The position numbers and the translations under genes were made by a program. The notes under the pieces were generated by a model. That model saw only the letters and a program-made list of their open reading frames with translations, had not been told where the DNA came from and did no database searches. This document shows positions 20,141-28,347 of a DNA stretch of 64,000 nt, in pieces; the stretch's first letter is position 1, and each line of letters starts with the position of its first letter. The stretch covers positions 3,424,001-3,488,000 of the forward strand of contig OZ252098.1 in assembly GCA_965248355.1 (NCBI GenBank), given 5' to 3'. The DNA is from Candidatus Latescibacterota bacterium (GTDB taxonomy: Bacteria; Latescibacterota; UBA2968; UBA8231).

Positions 20141-22606
20141 ATGCTGCGCAACCACTGGATCATCGCCTGGCGCACCTTGATGCGCCACCGCCTGCACACG
20201 GCCATCAACCTCGCCGGCCTCGGCCTGGGCATGGCCTTCTGCCTCCTCGCCTGGCGCTTCGCCTCCCAGGAGTGGTCCTTCGACCGCTTCCACGGCAAGG
20301 CGGACCGGATCCACCGCGCCTACGTGGAGATCACCTTGCCGGAGATGGGGCGGGTCGCCTCGGCCGACATGGTCGAGCTGGCCTTCGCTCCCGAGCTGGA
20401 GGCCCTCTCGCCGCTCGTGGAGCGCACCGTCCGCCTCAGCTCGGGGGACGGCAGCGACAAGAGCGACCGCTTCGTGCGCATGACCTTCGCGGGCGCCTCC
20501 AGCGACGAGCAGTTCCTCCTCGTCGATCCCGCCTTCTTCGAGGTCTTCGACTTCCCCCTGCTGCGGGGCGACGCGGCCACGGCCCTGGCCGGGCGCAACT
20601 CCGTCGTCCTGGGCCACGAGATGGCCCAACGCCTCTTCGGCGGCGCCGACCCGCTGGGGCAGAGCCCCACGCTGGATTCCATGTCCGGGCGGGGGGCCGA
20701 GGACTTCACCATCACCGGCGTGGCGGCACCGGTCCCGCGCACGTCGTCGATCCAGTTCAACATGCTGCTGCCCTTCGACAACACCGATTTCCTCTTCCGC
20801 GATTCACCCGATGAATGGGAAGGCACCTGCAACGCCTACGTCCTCCTGAAGCCCGGGGCGGACCCGGCCGACCTGGCGCCGGCCGTGGCGCAGCTCGGCC
20901 AGACCTGGCTGCGGATCCACGAGGACGACCTCCCCGCCGAGTTCCCGGAGGATGTCTCGCCCTATCGCCTGCAGCCGCTCACCGGCCTGCGCTCGGATAC
21001 CGGCCTGCTGCGATGGGTCGGGCACGGCGTCGTGGAGCCGAGGGACCCTTATGTCTCCTACATCCTCGGCAGCATCGCCGTCGCGGTCCTGCTCATGGGG
21101 TGCATCAACTTCGTCAACCTCGCCATCGGCCGGGCGTCGCTGCGGGCGGCGGAGGTGGGCGTTCGCAAGGCCGTCGGCGCCGGGCGCGGGCACCTGATGC
21201 GCCAGTTCGTCGGCGAGGCGGCGGTGCTCTCCGTCCTCGGGCTGGGGGCCGGGTGTCTCCTGGCGTGGCTGCTCCTGCCGGCCTTCAACGCCACCTTCTC
21301 GCAGGAGCTGTCCCTCGGTCTGACCCAGCCGGGGACCCTTGGCGCGCTGGCGGCGCTGCTGCTGCTCGTAACCCTCGGGGCTGGCTGGTACCCGGCCCTC
21401 GTGCTCTCCCGCCTGGCGCCGATGAGCGCCATCCGGCGCAGCCTGTCCACGGCCGGGATCACCCGCATCAGCCGCGTCCTCGTGGGGGTGCAACTGGCCA
21501 TCTCCGTGGCCCTGATCACCTGCACCCTGATCATGTACCACCAGCTCGACCACGTCATGGCCCGCGACATGGGGCTCGACCAGGAGCGCGTCATCGCGGT
21601 CCACACGGAGCCCGTCAACCACTTCGATCAGATCCGGCTCGTGGAGCCGATGCTGAACCACCACCGCATCGCCTCCATCACCCTGTCGGACGACGATTTC
21701 CTGCGCGACGAGTATCCATCCGACTACCGGGTCGTGACCCCGGAGGGCCGCGAGTCGAAGACCCGCCGGTACATGGTCGACTACCAGTTCGTTCGCACCA
21801 TGGGCCTTGAGGTGATCCGCGGCCGGGACTTCTCGCGGGCCAAGGGGGACAAGGAGAGCGTGGTGCTCGTCTCCGAGAGCGCCGTCGCCCCCCTCGGACT
21901 CGCCGATCCCGTGGGCGAGACGGTCGAACTGATGCGCGTCTCCCCCTCGGGCCGCAAGTCCCGGGGCCACTACCGCATCGTCGGCGTGGTTGAGGACTTC
22001 ACCTTCGAGTCGGGCTACGAGGAGAGCCCGCCGGGGCTGCTGGCCCTCCATCCGGGCCTGCCCGGCGAAGGCGAGCTCATGCTCGTTCGCGTCAAGCCCG
22101 GAGACCTGCAGGAGGTCCTGCAGCACCTGCGGCAGGCGTGGAGCGGCGTCGTCGACTACTCCGACTTCGACTTCTCCTTCCTGCAGCAGGACCTGGAGGC
22201 GGCCTACCGCGACGAGCTGCGCTGGCGCCGCGTCATCACCTGGGCCGCCGCCGGCGCCGTCCTCATCTCCGCCCTCGGCGCCTTCGCCCTCACCGCCCTC
22301 GCCGCCGGCCGCCGCACCAAGGAGATCGGCATCCGCAAGGCCCTCGGCGCCACCGTCCTCGGCCTCACCGCCCTCATGGCCCGCGAGTTCGCCTGGCTCG
22401 GCCTCGTCGGAGCCGCCGTGGCCTGCCCCCCCGCCTGGTGGTGGATGCGCGACTGGCTCGACGGCTTCGCCTTCCGCATCGACCTGTCCCCCTGGCACTT
22501 CGCCGCCGGGGCGGCGATCGCGTTGGCGGCGGTGCTGGTCAGCTCCTGCCACCAGGCCTGGAGGGCCGCCCGGGCGGATCCGGTGCACGCGTTGCGCTAC
22601 GAGTAG
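20141..22606 (+). CDS. MacB/FtsX-family ABC permease 4
   Basis: NHWIIAWRTL...INLAGLG; EVGVRK and EIGIRK; ends DPVHALRYE. Confidence 0.92.
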   Translation: MLRNHWIIAWRTLMRHRLHTAINLAGLGLGMAFCLLAWRFASQEWSFDRFHGKADRIHRAYVEITLPEMGRVASADMVELAFAPELEALSPLVERTVRLSSGDGSDKSDRFVRMTFAGASSDEQFLLVDPAFFEVFDFPLLRGDAATALAGRNSVVLGHEMAQRLFGGADPLGQSPTLDSMSGRGAEDFTITGVAAPVPRTSSIQFNMLLPFDNTDFLFRDSPDEWEGTCNAYVLLKPGADPADLAPAVAQLGQTWLRIHEDDLPAEFPEDVSPYRLQPLTGLRSDTGLLRWVGHGVVEPRDPYVSYILGSIAVAVLLMGCINFVNLAIGRASLRAAEVGVRKAVGAGRGHLMRQFVGEAAVLSVLGLGAGCLLAWLLLPAFNATFSQELSLGLTQPGTLGALAALLLLVTLGAGWYPALVLSRLAPMSAIRRSLSTAGITRISRVLVGVQLAISVALITCTLIMYHQLDHVMARDMGLDQERVIAVHTEPVNHFDQIRLVEPMLNHHRIASITLSDDDFLRDEYPSDYRVVTPEGRESKTRRYMVDYQFVRTMGLEVIRGRDFSRAKGDKESVVLVSESAVAPLGLADPVGETVELMRVSPSGRKSRGHYRIVGVVEDFTFESGYEESPPGLLALHPGLPGEGELMLVRVKPGDLQEVLQHLRQAWSGVVDYSDFDFSFLQQDLEAAYRDELRWRRVITWAAAGAVLISALGAFALTALAAGRRTKEIGIRKALGATVLGLTALMAREFAWLGLVGAAVACPPAWWWMRDWLDGFAFRIDLSPWHFAAGAAIALAAVLVSSCHQAWRAARADPVHALRYE

Positions 22607-22640
22607 GCGGATCTCAACGGGGGCGGTACACGAGCGCGCC

Positions 22641-23453
22641 TCAGGGCTCCCTGCCCAGGACGAGCTCCAGGTTCTCCCGGGTCATCAGATCGGTCTCGGC
22701 GCCCGGCTCGAGGAAGGGGCCCACGTCGGTCTTCAGGCGATCCCAGTCCACGGTGCGCAGCCGGCAGCGGACGATCCGCCGCCAGGTGTGTCGTGCTGGA
22801 CGGTCTCCCTTCCATCCGCTCTGCTGCAGGGCGTTGTCGAGCAAGACGAGGTTGGGCGCCGGCCAGTCGGGATCGCTCAGGTACCAGAGCAGGTCGTAGA
22901 AGTCGCGGCCCTTGGGCCAGGGCCGCTGCAGCACGGCGTGCAGCTGGCCCGCCAACAGCGAAGCCCGGTCGTGGTGCTGCAGCCGAAGGGTGACGTGGCG
23001 GCGGATGAGCGTGGTGCCCAGGCCCGCCCCGGAAGGCGGCCGGGTGTCGACCTCGACGCGAATGGAGAGCACTTCCTCCGGATGCGGTGAAAGCCCCAGC
23101 TCGTGCAGCAAGCCGGCGAAGCGGACCAGGCCGGAGTGCACCACCCTCCTGTCGTTCACCCTCAACTCCACGACGTAACCCTCCGCAGCCAGCTCGGCCC
23201 GGAGGCTCCGCAGAAGAGCCCGTAGATCGTAGGGGGCTTCCGGCCGCTCCAGAGCGAAGTCCAGGTCCTCGGAATAGCGCGGGATGGAGTAGAGGAAGCG
23301 GAGGCAGGTGCCGCCCTGGAAGGCGAGCGGGATCATGGCCCCGGCGCGTTGCAGGCCCCCGAGGATGCGAGCCTGCAGGTACTCCCGGACCAGGTTGCGG
23401 CCGTGGATTGCGGTCCGGGCGCCTGACACCCGCTGGGCGAGGTAGTCCTTCAC
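22641..23453 (-). CDS. abiEii: Type IV TA toxin, AbiEii/DUF1814 nucleotidyltransferase
   Basis: GTG start overlaps the antitoxin stop (GTGA); FQGGTCLR...RYSEDLDF; KGRDFYDL. Confidence 0.88.
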   Translation of the reverse strand: MKDYLAQRVSGARTAIHGRNLVREYLQARILGGLQRAGAMIPLAFQGGTCLRFLYSIPRYSEDLDFALERPEAPYDLRALLRSLRAELAAEGYVVELRVNDRRVVHSGLVRFAGLLHELGLSPHPEEVLSIRVEVDTRPPSGAGLGTTLIRRHVTLRLQHHDRASLLAGQLHAVLQRPWPKGRDFYDLLWYLSDPDWPAPNLVLLDNALQQSGWKGDRPARHTWRRIVRCRLRTVDWDRLKTDVGPFLEPGAETDLMTRENLELVLGREP

Positions 23454-24091
23454 AGCGTCTCGTACTCCCGCGCTTCGGCCTCGATCAGGGAGACCAGGTT
23501 CCGGGCCGCGCGCATCAGTTTCGGGCTGCCGGAGCGCCGGGCCAGGCGCTTCAGCTCGGCTGCATCGAGGAGATCGAGATTCCGCAGGCGCAACCCGTGC
23601 AGGTAGGACAGCCCGTCGCCCCCTGGTTGCAGGTGGACCAGGTCCAGCAGAGCCTTTTCCGGACTGGCCACGAAGGCCTGCTGGCCGTCTCCTGCATCGA
23701 CCGCCCGGTAGCCGTACAGAAGGGCGGGGCTGAGATGGCGGAACTCGCACCGGCCCAGGGGGGTATCCCAGCGGTTGGGCCTTCCGGTGCTAACGCTGGT
23801 GATCACCGGACTGAACTCCGGGATCAAGTGGTGGTGGGTCAGGGCCGCCTGGCAACTCACGTAGGAACCGCGCACCAGGCGATTGGCTACCAGGAAGGGA
23901 TGGGGTCTCGTCTTCTGAAAGGGCGGTGCCAGGGCGTACAGTCCGCGGCGCAGCTGGTAGAGGTGCCCGGCCCGGGTCCAGCGCGACAATTGGCGCCGCA
24001 CATCCGCCGGATCGACGGCGCCGGAGAGCAGCAAGCCGGTCTCAAAGACCGGTTCCTCGCCGACGATCTCGAGCAATTGGGGGAATTTCAT
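23450..24091 (-). CDS. abiEi: Type IV TA antitoxin, AbiEi-like (winged helix)
   Basis: QLSRW...LRRGLY, SYVS..AL.HH.LIPE, ASPEKALLD; directly upstream of abiEii. Confidence 0.85.
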   Translation of the reverse strand: MKFPQLLEIVGEEPVFETGLLLSGAVDPADVRRQLSRWTRAGHLYQLRRGLYALAPPFQKTRPHPFLVANRLVRGSYVSCQAALTHHHLIPEFSPVITSVSTGRPNRWDTPLGRCEFRHLSPALLYGYRAVDAGDGQQAFVASPEKALLDLVHLQPGGDGLSYLHGLRLRNLDLLDAAELKRLARRSGSPKLMRAARNLVSLIEAEAREYETL

Positions 24092-24126
24092 AGCAATATA
24101 ATGCCATGATTGCCCTATTATGGCAA
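24092..24126 (-). promoter_or_regulatory. Candidate leaderless abiE promoter with overlapping inverted repeat
   Basis: Minus strand TTGCCA-17-CATTAT-6-ATG with extended -10 TG; imperfect inverted repeat TGCCATGAT/ATTATGGCA at 24102-24125. Confidence 0.5.
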
Positions 24127-24293
24127 CAGATCAGACCGCATCATCCATCCAGGAACGGGGGATCTGAGTCGCCTGTCGCACCGGGAACCCTCGCCTCCCG
24201 ACGGTGTCTTGACGCTATGACCCTCGGGGCATTGTACCGGAGCCTCCGGCGGCCCCCCGCCAAATCGCCCGATCATCGAAGGATTTCATTCAC

Positions 24294-24770
24294 ATGCACA
24301 TCAGGCAACCCGTAAAGATCCTGACCTCGGTACTCTTGCTGATCGCCTTGCCCGGGTGCGGCGGCGAGGACCCGGTCTCCGAGCCGCAACAGAGGGACCA
24401 TGTCTGGCCGGTCGATCAGAACGGGATCGAGGTCCCCGTCCCCGGCATCTGGGTCCTCGTGGACCACACGAACCCGAACTCCACCTCCACCATCGGCGAG
24501 AGCTTCGTCCTGCCCGCGGACCCGCCGCACCGCGCCCAGACTTCCGATGGAACCTACACCGATGGCGAAGGGATCCTGTGGACGAAGGTGAGGATCACCT
24601 CACACGACGGTGACCCGTGGCAGTTCCTGGAACGCGTGGACACCGGCGTTTCACCCCACCGGCTCCATGTTGTCGTGAAGACCGATGACGACGGTCTGCC
24701 CGTGTTGGAGTATGGCGAATACCCCTTCGACCTGCCCCTGCACAACGTCCAGATCTGGGAGAAGCAGTAA
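24294..24770 (+). CDS. Hypothetical lipoprotein
   Basis: Signal peptide with lipobox LPGC. Confidence 0.65.
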   Translation: MHIRQPVKILTSVLLLIALPGCGGEDPVSEPQQRDHVWPVDQNGIEVPVPGIWVLVDHTNPNSTSTIGESFVLPADPPHRAQTSDGTYTDGEGILWTKVRITSHDGDPWQFLERVDTGVSPHRLHVVVKTDDDGLPVLEYGEYPFDLPLHNVQIWEKQ

Positions 24771-24813
24771 GGGCGGGAGCAGGTTAAGCTGATCCGGTCA
24801 TTCCCGGGCGCCC

Positions 24814-25587
24814 TTGCGAACCCCCCTGTCGACCGCGCGACTCACGGCGCTCGCCGGCGTGCTGTTGGCATGCTCAGGTACCGCGTGGGGCGAAGAGGCC
24901 GCCTTGATCGACTCGCTGCTGCGCTCGAATCCCGTCTGCGCACGCGTGCTGGCCGAGGCGGATCGGCATGAGCTCCAGATCCTCTACACCCAGATCGACC
25001 GCGACGCCGACAACCAACCCCGCTTCACCCGCCACGAGTACCGCGTCGATCCGGCCGCCTGCTTCTACCCCGCCAGCGCCATCAAGCTGGCCGGCGCGCT
25101 GCTGGCGCTCGAGAAGCTCCACCAGCTCGGACTGTCGCGGGACGAGGCGGTCCGCATCGACAACGCCTTCAGCGGCCAGACGCCCGTGCGCGAAGACTCG
25201 ACCGCACCCGGCGGGCGGCCCACGGTCGCCCACTACATCCGCAAGCAACCGGCTCTACGAGTTCGTCGGCCAGCAGCACATGAACGAGGGCCTGTGGGAG
25301 AAGGCATACCGCGACGTGCGGCTGACCCACCGGCTCGCGGTGCCCCGCTCATCGACGCAGAACCGTCACACCAATCCCTTCACCATCTACCGCGGAGATC
25401 AGGTCCTCCACCGGCAAGGAGCGGCGCTTCGACCTGGAGGCCGGCGACTACGCCTTCCTCCGCCGCGCCATGTCCATGCTGCCCCGGGAGTGCCCGCATC
25501 CGCGATACGACCCGGAGACCTGGTACGACAGCTACGCCAAGTTCTTCCTCTTCGGTGACAGCAAGGCTCCCATGCCCGAAGAATCCC
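24814..25587 (+). pseudogene. Class A beta-lactamase-like serine hydrolase, fragmented over three frames and truncated
   Basis: Signal peptide and SxxK (YPASAIK) in frame 1 to HYIRK; NRLYEFVGQ...HTNP in frame 2 from 25247; ERRFDL...KFFLFGDSK in frame 3 from 25419; SDN and KxG motifs absent. Confidence 0.75.
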
Positions 25588-26076
25588 TCAGCGCCTCTCC
25601 TGCAGACCGTGCCAGTTCCCGCCTTCGAACCAGCCCATGAAGTAGAGGCGGTCCTCCTCGTCGGCGATCGCCTCGCCGGAGATCCGCGCCTCCTCCCTGA
25701 CCCGACGGGCTGCTTCGATCTCTCCGCTGGCCGCGCAGGCTCGGGCGAGCGCGTCACAGGCGAAGGCCAGGTCCCAGTCGGCCATCTGGTCGGCGTGTGC
25801 CTCCACCAGCTCCAGGTAGCGGCTGGCGTGACGCAGGGCTGCCTCTCCAAGCCCCGCGGCCGCATAGACGCTGGCCACGGCGAACTCCCCCCGCCCGTGA
25901 TTGGCAGCGGTGCCGACCTGCATCCAGTGATGACAGCTGGCGTGAGCGGCGTGGATGAATGACTCGCCCGTCTCCGCGGTCACCCGTCCGGCCTCCAGTG
26001 CGTCCATGATGCGGTTGTTCAGCTCGATGCCGAACCAGCGGTGAGCGCTGTCCAGATCGAAGGGTGGTTCAGCCAT
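25588..26076 (-). CDS. Conserved hypothetical helical protein
   Basis: HRWFGIELNN...AHASCHHW...DLAFA; starts 3 bp after the upstream stop. Confidence 0.75.
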   Translation of the reverse strand: MAEPPFDLDSAHRWFGIELNNRIMDALEAGRVTAETGESFIHAAHASCHHWMQVGTAANHGRGEFAVASVYAAAGLGEAALRHASRYLELVEAHADQMADWDLAFACDALARACAASGEIEAARRVREEARISGEAIADEEDRLYFMGWFEGGNWHGLQERR

Positions 26077-26079
26077 GCC

Positions 26080-28344
26080 TCACAGCTCCGGCCAATGGGT
26101 TTCGAGTATCTCCCGTGCCGCCTCCATCTGGATGCCCCGGGCGATGAGACTCCGGAGCCCTTCCACCGCGCCGGACTCCTCCGCGGCGGCCCTGCCGAAC
26201 CGCGCCACCCCCTCCGCATACAGCCTCTCCGCTTCCTCCACCTGCCCCTGCGCCAGCAGGGCCAACCCCAGACCGAAGTGCGCGCGGTGGTTGTCCGCGT
26301 CCTTCTCCAGAGATTGACGGAAGGCCCTGGCGGCCTCTTCGGCTCGTCCGCCGTCCAACAGATCCATGCCCATCCGGGTGGCCCCCGCGCTGCTAACCTC
26401 GCCGTACTCCCCATCCAGAAGATGACCATAGATCTTGAAGACCGTCTCGGCTTGCACCTCCGTGGCGGAACCGTCCTTCAGGGCCCGGTGGCAGAGGGCA
26501 ATCGCTTCTTCTGCTCTCCCTGAAACCAACAGAGCAAACGACGCCGTTACCTGCAATCCACTGGGTGCCTCGGGATTCCGCTCCACCGCCTCGAAAGCGG
26601 CCATCACGGCCTCGCCCTGCCGCCCTGCGGAGGCCAGGGCGGTGACGAGGTTCTCGGAGGTCCTCACTCTGTTCGGATCGAATTCCAAGGCGCGCCGATA
26701 AGCGAGGATGGCCCTGTCCAGGTTCTCCAGGGTCACCAATCCCGTGCCCAGGTTCAGCCCCGTGTTGTTATAGAATGCGGCGATCTGGCGCTTCGCAGCC
26801 TGGATGATCTCCCGGTCGCGAAAAGTGATCTGCTTCCCCGAACCCGATGCTACCGACAACGGCGCTTCCCCGCTCTTGAAGGCCTCGAGCTGCTCCCGCG
26901 CCCGTCCCGAGAGCAGGGAATCCGGTTTCATCCAGTCCAGTGCCAGCCTGTACAAATTCAGATCAAGGTTCTCCGGGAACATCACCAAAGCCTCGTGGAG
27001 CACGGCCTCCTCTGCCTCTGCCTCTCCCATGCCCGTGCCCATGTAGCAGATGCGCTCGTACGCATCCTCCAGGTCGAGCACATCCCGCCCCTGTTCGATG
27101 GCGCGCCTCAACTGCTCCACCCCGGTCTCTATGTCTCCCCGGGAGACATAGTTCCGGCCCGAGGCATACAGGGAGACGGCTTCGACCTCCTTAAGATGGG
27201 AATAGCTGCTGAGGAGGATGGTGGCGAGGAGAGTGGGGTACAGGTATCGGCCCCATGCCCTGAGTCCCCGGCTCGCCTCCTCCAGGCCCCAGGCCAGCAG
27301 AAGAGACGTGCCCGCCGTGGCAGGGTAGAGATAGCGCGAAGGTCCCTCTGGTCTGCCGAGGATCAGCGTGTCATTCAGCGGTAAGAAGGGAAGAAGCGAG
27401 AGCAGTATCCAGACCGACCACAAGGACCCAGGAAGGCGGCTCCAGTACACCAGTACTCCGAGACCTGCAAGCACGCCGGCACCGGCAAAGAGCTCCCAAG
27501 TCCCCAATTCGTACACCGGAATGGGCAGCCAGTGCGCGGTTGTAAGCAGCCGGCTCAATAACCAGAGCAGAAGCCGCCCAGTGCCAAGAACGAGACCAAA
27601 GGGATCGTCTCCCATGAACTGGTCAATGGCACGCCAGGTACTATTCTCCTTGGGAGTGAGAGCAACAATCACAACCAACTCCAGGACCACCACGGGGAGC
27701 AGGGGCAAGAGTGGGCGTAGCGAGGCTCCGAGGTCATGGTTCCTCAGCCACGACCAGTAGAGACAGAACGGCCACAGAAAGGCCATCGCCGAGAGAGCCG
27801 CAATGCTGAGGACAAGCCCGCCGGAGAATCCCCACAACCACCGGGATCTCCTATGGTCGAGATAGTGTTGATAGCACAGCAGGGCTCCCAGTCCGCAGCT
27901 TAGGGCAAGTGGAAACTCAATGGCCGCTATCCAATGAACCGCGCGAAAGTGGGCCACATTGACTAGGAATAACAGCCCGCCCACAAGGCTCATGCGCGGC
28001 GCTATCCCTTGGCGCCAGAACAGGGCTGCCAGGAGGAGAGCTGCAAGAGTGTGAAAGGTGACGACCAGCAGGTGAAAGAATCCTGGGTCGTTGCCCCAGA
28101 TCAGATAGCCAACCAGCTTGATCAGCTCGGCGAAGGGCCGCCCGCCAGGCTGTTGTTTCTCGGAGGAGAAGAAGAAGGAGAAGTCATCGGCCATGCGGAT
28201 GTTGTCCCGGAGGGCCTCATGGTCGTCCATATCTAGCAGATGATCCCTCAGGCTACCGAAGCAGAGGGCCGACAGCAGGCACATTACAACGACGTAACCC
28301 GGCCACAGCAGACGCTGATTGCCCAGAAACCGCGGCTTAGCCAT
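26080..28344 (-). CDS. Polytopic membrane protein with C-terminal TPRs (GT-C/TMTC-like), copy A
   Basis: TM1 followed by DMDD, GRPF, FHL.VV.FH, RYLYP; TPR-like AYRRALEFDP and AHFGLGLAL. Confidence 0.75.
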   Translation of the reverse strand: MAKPRFLGNQRLLWPGYVVVMCLLSALCFGSLRDHLLDMDDHEALRDNIRMADDFSFFFSSEKQQPGGRPFAELIKLVGYLIWGNDPGFFHLLVVTFHTLAALLLAALFWRQGIAPRMSLVGGLLFLVNVAHFRAVHWIAAIEFPLALSCGLGALLCYQHYLDHRRSRWLWGFSGGLVLSIAALSAMAFLWPFCLYWSWLRNHDLGASLRPLLPLLPVVVLELVVIVALTPKENSTWRAIDQFMGDDPFGLVLGTGRLLLWLLSRLLTTAHWLPIPVYELGTWELFAGAGVLAGLGVLVYWSRLPGSLWSVWILLSLLPFLPLNDTLILGRPEGPSRYLYPATAGTSLLLAWGLEEASRGLRAWGRYLYPTLLATILLSSYSHLKEVEAVSLYASGRNYVSRGDIETGVEQLRRAIEQGRDVLDLEDAYERICYMGTGMGEAEAEEAVLHEALVMFPENLDLNLYRLALDWMKPDSLLSGRAREQLEAFKSGEAPLSVASGSGKQITFRDREIIQAAKRQIAAFYNNTGLNLGTGLVTLENLDRAILAYRRALEFDPNRVRTSENLVTALASAGRQGEAVMAAFEAVERNPEAPSGLQVTASFALLVSGRAEEAIALCHRALKDGSATEVQAETVFKIYGHLLDGEYGEVSSAGATRMGMDLLDGGRAEEAARAFRQSLEKDADNHRAHFGLGLALLAQGQVEEAERLYAEGVARFGRAAAEESGAVEGLRSLIARGIQMEAAREILETHWPEL

Positions 28345-28347
28345 GCC

